DNA of 64,000 bases from Candidatus Omnitrophota bacterium. GTDB lineage: Bacteria; Omnitrophota; Gorgyraeia; JABMRN01; RBG-13-46-9. The translations under genes and the position numbers were made by a program. Every line of letters starts with the position of its first letter. Positions within the stretch are counted from its first letter, which is position 1. The notes under the pieces were generated by a model. The model was not told the origin of the DNA and searched no databases. It saw only the letters and a list, made by a program, of their open reading frames with translations. Positions 39,876-48,983 of the stretch are shown here, piece by piece. The DNA lies in the NCBI GenBank assembly GCA_013203315.1, contig JABMQJ010000007.1, positions 11,499 through 75,498 on the forward strand. The letters are read 5' to 3'.

Positions 39876-41201
39876 TTAAAAAGGTAAAAATTTCCTCCAT
39901 AGCTGTACCAGATGTTTAAATTGTTTTCTTATGTATGAAAATCTGAAATAATAGTTAAGAAAAGCCCATTCCTTAAGGTTCTTCAGGGTCTCTTTCGACA
40001 TATTTTTGTTGCGTACGACCGGGGTAAAAGAATTAAACTTCTCCCAATCGGGCTCTGTTATAAGTTTCTTGATCCGTCTATAAAATTCTGTTCCCGGAAA
40101 AGGCGTGAGAATGTGAAATTGCGCCAAAAAAGTATTTAATTTCTTTGCGTAACTAACGGTTTCTTTTATAGTCTGGACCGTATCGTCCGGAAGCCCCAGG
40201 AGATAAAACGCTATTATTTTAATGCCTTTTTTTTCGCAGTATCTGATGATCCTTTCCTGGCGTTTTATGTCCACGGCTTTTCTGCTGGCTTTGTCCAGGA
40301 GATCCTGCCTGGCCGACTCGATTCCGAGATTAATGGCTTTTAAGCCCGCCTTGTACATGCTATCAATCAAGCTTTCGTCAAGCAAATCGGTTCTCGTCTC
40401 GCAGGCCCATTCAAGATTAAATTTATTTTTGATCATGCCTTCAGCAATTTGCCTGGATCGCTCTTTATCCAACGTGAATAGCGGATCCCGGAATAAAAGG
40501 CCTTTTATTTTAAATCGATCTTTCAAATATTTTATTTCTTCAATTACGTTCTCCGGGCTTCTCGCCCTCCAGTTTTTCTGGTACGTGAGATATGGGCAAT
40601 AATTACAGGCAAATGCGCAACCCCTGCTTGATTGCATGGAAAGGAACGGCTTCTTTCTTATCGAAGGGGAATAATAGTAGTTACTAATATCAAAAAAATC
40701 CCATTTCGGAAAAGGTAACTTATCCAGCTCCTGCAAAGAAGGGCTATCTACCACACCTTTTGGAATAAAGCCTTTTGAAATTTCCATCGCCGCATGTTCG
40801 GGTTCGCCTTTTATGATAAAATCCCCGAATTTAAGGTATTCATCGGTTAAGTACCCCGCAAATGGCCCTATGAAACCTATTTTAGCCTCCGGGTATTTCT
40901 TTTTTATTTCCGAGGCCCTGCGCAATTCTGACTTATAATCTACTATTGAAGAAGCCAGAATAAATAAATCCCCCTGTGGTATTTTATCGCCGTGCATAAC
41001 TTCAATTTCATGCCCACCTTTCGAAAATATGCTTGCCATATACCCCAGGCTTAATATCGGAATGTTTCGTAAAACTTTTTTCTGCCGCATAATCCATCTG
41101 GCAAAAAAAGATTCTCCGACCTGGGTGTTAATTCCGTAACCCCCCATTTGGTCCTTATTTACAGCGCTATCCGAGGTTCGTTCAACTAATACTATTTTCA
41201 T
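39876..41201 (-). CDS. Cobalamin-dependent-type radical SAM protein
   Basis: 441 aa; N-terminal KDQMGGYG, IGPFA, KGEPE, SRGCAFACNYC, FRDPLF, GIES, PFPGT. Confidence 0.88.
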   Translation of the reverse strand: MKIVLVERTSDSAVNKDQMGGYGINTQVGESFFARWIMRQKKVLRNIPILSLGYMASIFSKGGHEIEVMHGDKIPQGDLFILASSIVDYKSELRRASEIKKKYPEAKIGFIGPFAGYLTDEYLKFGDFIIKGEPEHAAMEISKGFIPKGVVDSPSLQELDKLPFPKWDFFDISNYYYSPSIRKKPFLSMQSSRGCAFACNYCPYLTYQKNWRARSPENVIEEIKYLKDRFKIKGLLFRDPLFTLDKERSRQIAEGMIKNKFNLEWACETRTDLLDESLIDSMYKAGLKAINLGIESARQDLLDKASRKAVDIKRQERIIRYCEKKGIKIIAFYLLGLPDDTVQTIKETVSYAKKLNTFLAQFHILTPFPGTEFYRRIKKLITEPDWEKFNSFTPVVRNKNMSKETLKNLKEWAFLNYYFRFSYIRKQFKHLVQLWRKFLPF

Positions 41202-42606
41202 TGCATAAATAGGATTGAATCAATCCGTTAATTTCCGTTTTCCACATTGCATACAACGGAAACAGTAGTATAAGAAGCGGTATAAGCGGAGAAAAATGGG
41301 TTATAACATTAAGATTTCGTATATGGTGTGTGGTTATGTTATGCAGCCATTGGGCAAGATTCGAATTTAGGCCTTTAAATGCAAATAGCCCAATGTTTAT
41401 AAAGGAACTGTCCGCGTCACCGTATTGAACCCCGCACCAGTTAATAAGCATAGACAGTGCGGCTACCCAAAGTATTATTTTGTATTTAACTTTTCTATAG
41501 ACAAATACAAGCGGTATCATTAGAAAGGGTACAAAACACAAAAGATACCTTGGTCCGAAATCTCCTCCCCACGGCCATATCCAATTGGCGAACATGGCGA
41601 TGACGATAAAAACAGAAAGTGAGAATGCGGATATTAAAAGTATCTCGGCCATATATTTTTTTTCCGGTTTCTTAAAAAAAAGAGCTATTCCGTAGACTGA
41701 AAAAAGCAGCACCGGCATATACATAAACATACCGCGATAAGTGCCAAAAGTAAGCTCGAATATCATTCTCGGCCGCGGGAAAGATAGCGGTACGCGCCCT
41801 ACCATAGCGCTGTAAGTAGTAGCCATCGCGAACGGATTATCGAAACATCGGTAGTGATAATATGCATATATGGCGCCGATTGATAAAGCGCCCAGAATAA
41901 GAAAAACATAATTTAATATTTTATCCTTCCTGAAGCTCAAGATACCATATGCAAAGATAAGGAAAGATCCTATGGCCAGCATATAATCCGTAAGTACTGC
42001 TAGCCCAAGACATATCCCCGTTAAGAAAAATGAAAGGTTTCCTGATGGTGTACTCTTAGATCTAAATAGTAAATAAAAAGCGCTAAACAACGCAAAAGCC
42101 CCTAATGTTTGGGACAAAAATCTTGTTGAGCAATAAAATAAAATAGTTCCGAACGCGCATATGAAAACGGTAAGAATCCTTTCTTTCTCCTTCATATCAA
42201 ATTTTTGCAGCAAATCGTACAGCAAAACCGCGATTACCGCGCCCGGTAGAACTGAAAGAAAAAAAGCGAAAAAGAGGTTTAAAATACTAAATTCGAAATT
42301 CTGGTAGATTGCTTGCGGAATAGCGCTCAATAATGGTTTGAGAATAACATAAAGCGGTGCAGCCAGCAAACTTAAGCCGGGAGCAGCGCCTATGTAGTAG
42401 TGTCCTTTAAAGAATGCCTTATCGCGGGTATGATCAGAATACTTATCTATAACAAAAGTTCTGTCTTCAACAATAGATTTCGTCAATATTATATAACGAT
42501 TGGTACCGGCAGTTACGTAGCCGGGAGCAATATAGAACAGGTAGACAAGCAATACCGTTAAGAAGATCTTAACTTTGGTATTCCGTAGTATCTGCATATT
42601 TTTCAT
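41182..42606 (-). CDS. GT-C-like membrane glycosyltransferase
   Basis: 474 aa, about 12 TM; RDKA..GHYY..APGLS, RGMFMYMP, WPWGGDFGPRYL. Confidence 0.7.
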   Translation of the reverse strand: MKNMQILRNTKVKIFLTVLLVYLFYIAPGYVTAGTNRYIILTKSIVEDRTFVIDKYSDHTRDKAFFKGHYYIGAAPGLSLLAAPLYVILKPLLSAIPQAIYQNFEFSILNLFFAFFLSVLPGAVIAVLLYDLLQKFDMKEKERILTVFICAFGTILFYCSTRFLSQTLGAFALFSAFYLLFRSKSTPSGNLSFFLTGICLGLAVLTDYMLAIGSFLIFAYGILSFRKDKILNYVFLILGALSIGAIYAYYHYRCFDNPFAMATTYSAMVGRVPLSFPRPRMIFELTFGTYRGMFMYMPVLLFSVYGIALFFKKPEKKYMAEILLISAFSLSVFIVIAMFANWIWPWGGDFGPRYLLCFVPFLMIPLVFVYRKVKYKIILWVAALSMLINWCGVQYGDADSSFINIGLFAFKGLNSNLAQWLHNITTHHIRNLNVITHFSPLIPLLILLFPLYAMWKTEINGLIQSYLCNENSIS

Positions 42607-42613
42607 TTATTGC

Positions 42614-43555
42614 TTACGGCTTATTCTTAAACCATTCGACGGCGCGCTTAAGGCCTTCGTCGAATTGGATGAAACTTGTTATTCCCAGCTTATCCTTAAG
42701 CTTGGTGACGTCGGCAAGAGTTTTTCTGACATCCCCAGCCCTACTGGGCCCGAGCTTAGGTTTAATGTCTTTACCGAGAATCTTGTTAACCTTTTCTACT
42801 ATGCTTAAAACAGTGTTCGCAGAGCCGCAAGCAATATTGAAAACTTGGCCCGATACACCACTTACGGTTGCGGCCTTTATGTTGGCCTCTACGACGTTAT
42901 CAACATACGTAAAATCCCTCTCCTGTAAACCGTCTCCGTGTATGGGTGGGGATTCGTTTTTTAGAATGCAGGTAATGAATTTGGGTATAACAACGGCGTA
43001 TTGATTATCCAGGGATTGCCTCGGGCCAAATACGTTGAAATATCTTAAAGACACTGTTTCAAGGCCGAAACTATTTGAAAAGAGTTTGCAGTAATATTCG
43101 TCTATCAATTTTGTGGTCGCGTAAGGAGATATGGGATTTGTTGAATCTTCTTCCCTTTCCGGGAACGTATTCCTTTCTCCGTAAACCGAGCTTGAAGAAG
43201 CGAAAACGACTCTTTTTATCTTATGTTCTTTTGCTTTCATTAGAAGCTTCAGAGTCCCGTTTACGTTCACGTCATTGTATTCAAGCGGATATTCCATGGA
43301 TTTCGGAACCGACCTTAAAGCCGCCTGGTGTAATACGAAATCGGTGCCTTTTAGAGCGCCGTCGAGATCTTTTTCGTTTCTTATATCACCTTTTATAAAC
43401 GTGATTTTGTCTTTTACCAGCGACAAATTCTCCATTTTCCCCGCATAGAGGTTATCCAGGACGCGAACCCGGCAACCATTCCCAACAAGTTTTTCGACAA
43501 TGTTAGAACCGATAAATCCGGCTCCGCCCGTAACTAAAAAAGTGGTTTTATTCAT
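42614..43555 (-). CDS. UDP-GlcNAc(A) 4-epimerase-like SDR (WbpP/TviC-like)
   Basis: [55 protein letters not shown]. Confidence 0.88.
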   Translation of the reverse strand: MNKTTFLVTGGAGFIGSNIVEKLVGNGCRVRVLDNLYAGKMENLSLVKDKITFIKGDIRNEKDLDGALKGTDFVLHQAALRSVPKSMEYPLEYNDVNVNGTLKLLMKAKEHKIKRVVFASSSSVYGERNTFPEREEDSTNPISPYATTKLIDEYYCKLFSNSFGLETVSLRYFNVFGPRQSLDNQYAVVIPKFITCILKNESPPIHGDGLQERDFTYVDNVVEANIKAATVSGVSGQVFNIACGSANTVLSIVEKVNKILGKDIKPKLGPSRAGDVRKTLADVTKLKDKLGITSFIQFDEGLKRAVEWFKNKP

Positions 43556-44877
43556 AACGTAATTATCTTTCCTTTAAGTTTCCTGCTCTTCGTGTTTACG
43601 ATTTTTCGCAAGATGCCTCTCGTATCCAGTATTACCTTTGCGTTATCAATCAGGAACCTGTAGTCCAGAGAAGAGTGGGCAGCGGTTATCACAACGCAAT
43701 CCTGGCTTCTTAAAAATGCCTTTGTGAACGGCGAGCGTTTAAGATTTATCCCGCTAATTTTCAAAAACGGAAAGAAAGAATCGTGGTATGATATTTTGGC
43801 ATTTTGCGCCTGGAGTATTTTAATTACATCTATGGCCGGAGATTCTCTCAAATCTTTCACATCCTTCTTATAGGCAACGCCCAAAACGAGAATTTTTGCT
43901 TTATTAAGCGTCTTTTTTTGTTTCGCTAATATCCTTTCCAATTTATCTATCGTATATTGCGGCATTAGTTCGTTTACGGATGAGGCAAGATTGATGAACT
44001 TGGTTTCAAATCCGTGTTCCTTTGCCTTCCATGAGAGATATAACGGATCCACCGGTATGCAGTGTCCTCCGCAACCTGGGCCCGGGTAAAACGGCATGTA
44101 ACCGTATGGTTTACTTTTGGCGGAATCAATGATTTCCCATATGTCGAGGCCCAACTTGTCGCACAGTACCGTTATCTCGTTAACAAGGGCTATGTTTACT
44201 ATGCGAAAGGTGTTCTCTAAAAGCTTCACCATTTCCGCAGCACTCGCGGAAGTTACGGGGATAACCTCGTCTATTACCTGGTCATAAAGAACCTTGGCAA
44301 CGGCTGTTGATTTTGCGGAAATACCGCCTATTATTTTCGGTGTATTTTCCGTTTTATAAACCTCGTTGCCCGGGTCTATCCTCTCCGGAGAAAACGCGAG
44401 GTAGAAATCCCTTCCCTCTTTGAGTCCCGTGGATTGCAGGACGGGTAAAAGTATTTCCCTTGTAGTGCCCGGATATGTGGTAGACTCCAGAACGACTATT
44501 TGCCCTTTACGTATGTTATCCCTCACCTTGGTAACAGCCTCTCTTATGTAGGAAATATCCGGTTCCCTGTTTTTGCCAAGCGGCGTCGGGACACAGATAA
44601 TTACGGCGTCCAGTTTCTTTATAAACGATGCATCCGTTGTTGCCTTAAAATTTCTACCGTTTAAAGTGCTCTTAAGCTCTGCGTTAGAGACGTCTGTAAT
44701 GTAAGAGACGCGCTTTTTAAGCTGCTCTATCCTGTCTTTATCTATGTCTATCCCTATGACATTGAAACCTTTTTTGGCAAATGACAATGCAAGCGGAAGC
44801 CCGACATAGCCAAGGCCGATTACGCCTACTTTGGCTTTTTTACTCTTTATTCTTTTTTTTAAGTTTTTAATCGACAT
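43552..44877 (-). CDS. Nucleotide-sugar 6-dehydrogenase (WbpA/WecC/TviB type)
   Basis: GLGYVGLPLA, ICVPTP, LESTTYPGTT, FSPERIDPG, KLLENTFR, GPGCGGHCIPVDP, D.RESP. Confidence 0.92.
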   Translation of the reverse strand: MSIKNLKKRIKSKKAKVGVIGLGYVGLPLALSFAKKGFNVIGIDIDKDRIEQLKKRVSYITDVSNAELKSTLNGRNFKATTDASFIKKLDAVIICVPTPLGKNREPDISYIREAVTKVRDNIRKGQIVVLESTTYPGTTREILLPVLQSTGLKEGRDFYLAFSPERIDPGNEVYKTENTPKIIGGISAKSTAVAKVLYDQVIDEVIPVTSASAAEMVKLLENTFRIVNIALVNEITVLCDKLGLDIWEIIDSAKSKPYGYMPFYPGPGCGGHCIPVDPLYLSWKAKEHGFETKFINLASSVNELMPQYTIDKLERILAKQKKTLNKAKILVLGVAYKKDVKDLRESPAIDVIKILQAQNAKISYHDSFFPFLKISGINLKRSPFTKAFLRSQDCVVITAAHSSLDYRFLIDNAKVILDTRGILRKIVNTKSRKLKGKIITL

Positions 44878-45770
44878 TTTTCCCTCCCGACATACTCCTT
44901 TAACGTTTCTTTCCAGGAGCGCATTTTAAAATTTGTTACCTTTTCGAATTTACTATTGTCCAGTACCGAAAACGCGGGCCTTTTAGCGGGCCTGGCCAGA
45001 TCCTTGCTTTTTATAGGCAACACCTTCACGTTCTCAAGTTTTGCTAATTTTACTATTTCCCTCGCGTAATCAAACCACGAAACCGCACCTTTATTGGAGA
45101 CGTGGTATACTTCTTGGATCGTTTTAGATTCCCAGTTCAGCCTGTCCAGAAGCCTACCAATCGCTTCGGCAAAATCTTTCGTATATGTGGGGCACCCCGC
45201 CTGATCGTCTACAACCTTTAATTCGTTTCTTGTCTTTGCGTTATCTATTATCGTATCAACAAAGTTTTTCCCGTTTGCGCCGTAAAGCCAGCCTGTTCTA
45301 AGTATCACATATTTACGTAATGCCACGACTTTTTGCTCTGCAACAAGCTTGGTTTTGCCATAAACGCTTAAAGGATTAGGCGTATCCTCTTCTGTATAAG
45401 GGTTTTTCTTTTCTCCGTCGAACACGAAGTCTGTACTTATGTAAATAAGCGGAATATCTAATTTCGACGCGGCAAGCGCAATATTTTCGGTTCCGCCCTC
45501 GTTTATTTTTTTTGCTTTATCCGGATCTTTTTCACACCCGTCCACATCTGTCCAGGCAGCTGTATGGATTACAAGGTCCGGTTTTTCATCTACGATAGAC
45601 TTTATGGTTTTATCTATATCGGTGATATCGCATTGAATGTCGGATTTTGAAATATCTAAACCCAAGACATCATAATTGCGCGATAGCACCTTCGAGAGGT
45701 CTACACCGAGCATGCCGTGCGAGCCGGTTACCAGAATTTTTCTTGTCTTTTTTTTAGCCTTTTCCACCAT
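44859..45770 (-). CDS. rfbD: dTDP-4-dehydrorhamnose reductase
   Basis: TGSHGMLG, AAWTDVD, ISTDFVFDG, YGKTK, VVDDQ.G.PT, AKRPAFS. Confidence 0.92.
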   Translation of the reverse strand: MVEKAKKKTRKILVTGSHGMLGVDLSKVLSRNYDVLGLDISKSDIQCDITDIDKTIKSIVDEKPDLVIHTAAWTDVDGCEKDPDKAKKINEGGTENIALAASKLDIPLIYISTDFVFDGEKKNPYTEEDTPNPLSVYGKTKLVAEQKVVALRKYVILRTGWLYGANGKNFVDTIIDNAKTRNELKVVDDQAGCPTYTKDFAEAIGRLLDRLNWESKTIQEVYHVSNKGAVSWFDYAREIVKLAKLENVKVLPIKSKDLARPAKRPAFSVLDNSKFEKVTNFKMRSWKETLKEYVGREKCRLKT

Positions 45771-46726
45771 TTCACATTTTCTTTATACCAAAGAACGGTA
45801 GCTTCTAACGCGTCTTTGAATTTATGCTGAGGTTCCCAACCGAGTTCCTTTAGCTTCCTAAAAGTTAAAGCGTATCGTTTATCATGTCCGGGCCTGTCTT
45901 TAACAAATTTTATGAGCTTTTCGTCTTTTCCCAATATTTTTAGCACCATCTTTGTAAGATCTATGTTTCTCATCTCGTTTTTGCTGCTGATATTGTATAT
46001 TTCGCCGACTTTTCCGAAATTAAGTATAAAATCTATCGCGGAACAGTTGTCTTCCACATAGAGCCACTCTCTTACGTTGCTTCCGTCCGCATAAAGCGGA
46101 ACTTTTTTATTTTCAAGCGCGTTTGTAACGAAAAGCGGGATAACTTTTTCCGGATATTGGTATGGCCCAAAATTATTTGAGCTTCTTGTAATAATCGCGG
46201 GGAGATTATGCGTTACAAAATAAGAGCGTACAAGAAGGTCCGCGGCTGCCTTGCTTGCCGCGTAAGGGGAATTCGGGGCCAGCATCGAATCTTCGTTAAA
46301 ATGCCCTTTCACAATACTGCCGTATACTTCATCAGTGCTTATGTGAATAAAGCGGCGTATACCGTTTTCTTTTGCCGCATCAAGCAAAACCTGCGTCCCG
46401 CTGACATTGGTCCTTATAAATTCCCTTGAATCCCTAATAGAACGGTCAACGTGCGATTCGGCGGCAAAGTTTATAATTGCGTCGATACCTTTAGCTAACT
46501 CGGAAACGCACCTCCTGTCGCATATATCCCCTTTCACGAATTTATAACGCTCATCTTTTTCGATATCCTTAAGGTTCGCGAGATTACCCGAATATGTAAG
46601 CTTATCCAGGTTCACTATCTTTATTTTTTGTTTCTCGCCTTTTGTCTTCCGCAGCAAGTACCTGACAAAGTTCGAGCCTATGAACCCTGCTCCGCCTGTT
46701 ATTAGTATTTTTTTGAATTTTGGCAT
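45728..46726 (-). CDS. rfbB: dTDP-glucose 4,6-dehydratase
   Basis: [57 protein letters not shown]. Confidence 0.94.
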   Translation of the reverse strand: MPKFKKILITGGAGFIGSNFVRYLLRKTKGEKQKIKIVNLDKLTYSGNLANLKDIEKDERYKFVKGDICDRRCVSELAKGIDAIINFAAESHVDRSIRDSREFIRTNVSGTQVLLDAAKENGIRRFIHISTDEVYGSIVKGHFNEDSMLAPNSPYAASKAAADLLVRSYFVTHNLPAIITRSSNNFGPYQYPEKVIPLFVTNALENKKVPLYADGSNVREWLYVEDNCSAIDFILNFGKVGEIYNISSKNEMRNIDLTKMVLKILGKDEKLIKFVKDRPGHDKRYALTFRKLKELGWEPQHKFKDALEATVLWYKENVKWWKRLKKRQEKFW

Positions 46727-46740
46727 TCTACACCTTTAAT

Positions 46741-47796
46741 TTAAAAATACGCGTCGGGAGATCCGGCGACTTTACTGAAATCTTCAAGCGCCCTTTCTCT
46801 GTCACCTAAGTTTGCATAAATGCTGGAGCGCAATCCATACGCATAAGGTAGCCAGGAGCTCTTATCGCGACTCCCTATAATTTCTGTTAAAACCTCTACA
46901 CTTTCATCAGGCCTTTTTTCATCCCGCAGCAAAAGAGCCAGAAAAAAACGCGTCTTATCCCTTAGAGCCGAAGAGGCGCTTTTATCCAATATTTCCAGAT
47001 ATAGTTCTTCCGCCGCTTCTTTTCTTCCTGCTAAATGGTAATTCCTGGCCTTGAAATACAAAAATTCGTTAGGCTCGGAGAATTTTCTTTTATTACTCAG
47101 AATATATGCTTCCTGTACGGCATAAACAAATAATTTTCGTAAAAACTCTGGAAAAAATCCGAGTGGTCTGATACGCGACCCCTCCTTTGTAACTATGTAG
47201 CCCGGCGTCCTATAATACATAGTAAGATTTTCTTCGTTTTCCCACCATGGGTTATAACGGGCGAATTCCCGAACCCTTTCATTTTTGAGCACTATATCAA
47301 AGTCTTCGGTGATATCGGACATCGAAGCCATTTTTCCGTTTTTGTTAAGAAATTCGATATCATAAGCCGCATCCACTAAAACCCACCTCTTGCCGTCCCA
47401 GGCTTCCGCAATGCTATGCGGCGAAGACCCTTTCGCATTGGATAAAAAAAGTAGCCTTGTGGTTATACCTTGTTTTTTCGCAAGCTGTATAAAGACCCTG
47501 CTTACCTGGTCGCACCACCCTATACCCGAAACAAGCTTGTCAATTCCAACGGTATCCAGTCTATTCTTTTCGCCGTACACCGGATGCACGTTTTCATGCG
47601 TAAAGTTTCTTAAGAGGCGCACCTTTTCCTCGAATACATCGCTTCGGCCTGCAACCTCACCTGATATGTATTCCATAAGAATTGAATTATAATTTTTTTC
47701 CTTTACCAGTTGGCTAAATAGCACAAAAGAAAAAATTAAAATTATCGCTAAACTTACGAAGAAAATCGGCCTTTTAATATTGCTAATCGGAAACAT
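46741..47796 (-). CDS. Membrane-anchored transglutaminase-like protein with C-terminal TPRs
   Basis: N-terminal TM; putative Cys-His-Asp triad GIGWCDQ...PHSIAE...WVLVDA; TPR-like helical C-terminus. Confidence 0.7.
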   Translation of the reverse strand: MFPISNIKRPIFFVSLAIILIFSFVLFSQLVKEKNYNSILMEYISGEVAGRSDVFEEKVRLLRNFTHENVHPVYGEKNRLDTVGIDKLVSGIGWCDQVSRVFIQLAKKQGITTRLLFLSNAKGSSPHSIAEAWDGKRWVLVDAAYDIEFLNKNGKMASMSDITEDFDIVLKNERVREFARYNPWWENEENLTMYYRTPGYIVTKEGSRIRPLGFFPEFLRKLFVYAVQEAYILSNKRKFSEPNEFLYFKARNYHLAGRKEAAEELYLEILDKSASSALRDKTRFFLALLLRDEKRPDESVEVLTEIIGSRDKSSWLPYAYGLRSSIYANLGDRERALEDFSKVAGSPDAYF

Positions 47797-47805
47797 ATCT
47801 TGTAG

Positions 47806-48534
47806 CTACTTTTTTTTGATTTTTTTCGTCACCAGGATATTGGCGCGATGAAGCGAATCAAAGGTTCCGCTATCGGTCCACCACCCTTTTAGAATACTGT
47901 ACGTAAGTTCGCCTTTTTTTAAATACGCGTTATTTACATCGGTAATTTCGAGCTCCCCTCTCCCGGAGGGCTTTAGCGTCTTTACAATGTCGAAAACCTG
48001 ATTGTCGTACATATAAATACCTGTAACAATATAATTTGATTTCGTTTTTTTTGGTTTCTCTACGATCCCAGATATGCGCATTTTATCATCGAATTCAACG
48101 ACACCGAAACGCTCAGGATCTGGAACCTTCTGCACCATGACCTTCGCCCCTCTAGGTTGTTCCCTGAAATCTTCCACTGCCTTTTTTATGCTTTTTTCTA
48201 TAATGTTGTCTCCGAGAATAACAACTATTTTGTCGTTGTCTGCAAAATGTTCCGCCAGCCCTAATGCCTCGGCGATACCGCCTTCTCCCTCCTGATAAGT
48301 ATAATTTATGTGTTTTAGCCCGAACTGATGCCCGTCACCCAAAAGGCGCAGGAATTCGCCCGCGTGATTGCCGCCTGTAACGATCAAAATATCTTTTATG
48401 CCTGCCTCGACAAGGGTTTCTATGGGATAATAGATCATGGGCTTATTGTAAATCGGCAATAAATGCTTATTTGTAATTTTTGTCAAGGGATACAGTCTTT
48501 TACCTAAACCACCTGCTAAGATTACGCCTTTCAT
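47806..48534 (-). CDS. rfbA: Glucose-1-phosphate thymidylyltransferase, short form (RmlA/SpsI-like)
   Basis: GVILAGGLGKRLYPLT..TNKHLLP, LGDN, RFGV, EKP, PSGRGELEITDVN. Start at MKGV, 48534. Confidence 0.85.
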   Translation of the reverse strand: MKGVILAGGLGKRLYPLTKITNKHLLPIYNKPMIYYPIETLVEAGIKDILIVTGGNHAGEFLRLLGDGHQFGLKHINYTYQEGEGGIAEALGLAEHFADNDKIVVILGDNIIEKSIKKAVEDFREQPRGAKVMVQKVPDPERFGVVEFDDKMRISGIVEKPKKTKSNYIVTGIYMYDNQVFDIVKTLKPSGRGELEITDVNNAYLKKGELTYSILKGWWTDSGTFDSLHRANILVTKKIKKK

Positions 48535-48536
48535 GT

Positions 48537-48983
48537 TTATTTCCTCCAATCGAACGGTATATCGTTTTTATAAGGATCTAACCTGTGTTCATCCGGACTC
48601 TTGTGATTATATATCTCTGTCGGTGTGTTTATTACAACTGACTCCTCATCCGCTACCCCTTTGAACCCGTGATACACGTTATTCGGAATAGAGACGAGCT
48701 TCGGATCCTCGAGGCTAAGTGCGATATCCATTGTTTTCTTAAAAGTAGGAGAGCCTTCTCTTGCGTCATACAGCCCTAAACGGATTTTTCCTTTAACACA
48801 ACAGAAATTATCCCTCTGGAGTTTGTGATAGTGCCAGGCTTTTACAACGCCCGGTTTCACTGTTGTCATATAAACCTGTCCGAATTTTTCAAAAAGTTCA
48901 TCGTCGGAGCGCAATATTTCCATGAGTCTTCCGCGCTCATCAGGAATAATCTTTAATTTTTTTATCTTTACACCCTCTATCAC
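48537..48983 (-). CDS. rfbC: dTDP-4-dehydrorhamnose 3,5-epimerase family cupin
   Basis: DERG, VKAWHYH, YDAR..SPT, YHGF. Confidence 0.85.
   Translation of the reverse strand: MIEGVKIKKLKIIPDERGRLMEILRSDDELFEKFGQVYMTTVKPGVVKAWHYHKLQRDNFCCVKGKIRLGLYDAREGSPTFKKTMDIALSLEDPKLVSIPNNVYHGFKGVADEESVVINTPTEIYNHKSPDEHRLDPYKNDIPFDWRK

Noticed and set aside
5883-41201. RiPP cluster interpretation of the many radical SAM genes
   Set aside because: No precursor-like small ORF, peptidase or peptide exporter is visible, intergenic gaps are tiny, and the neighbours are sugar enzymes.
37417-41201. Hopanoid biosynthesis cluster (HpnA/HpnJ/HpnP-like look)
   Set aside because: No squalene-hopene cyclase, HpnCDE, HpnG or HpnH in the window; used only as a chemical analogy.
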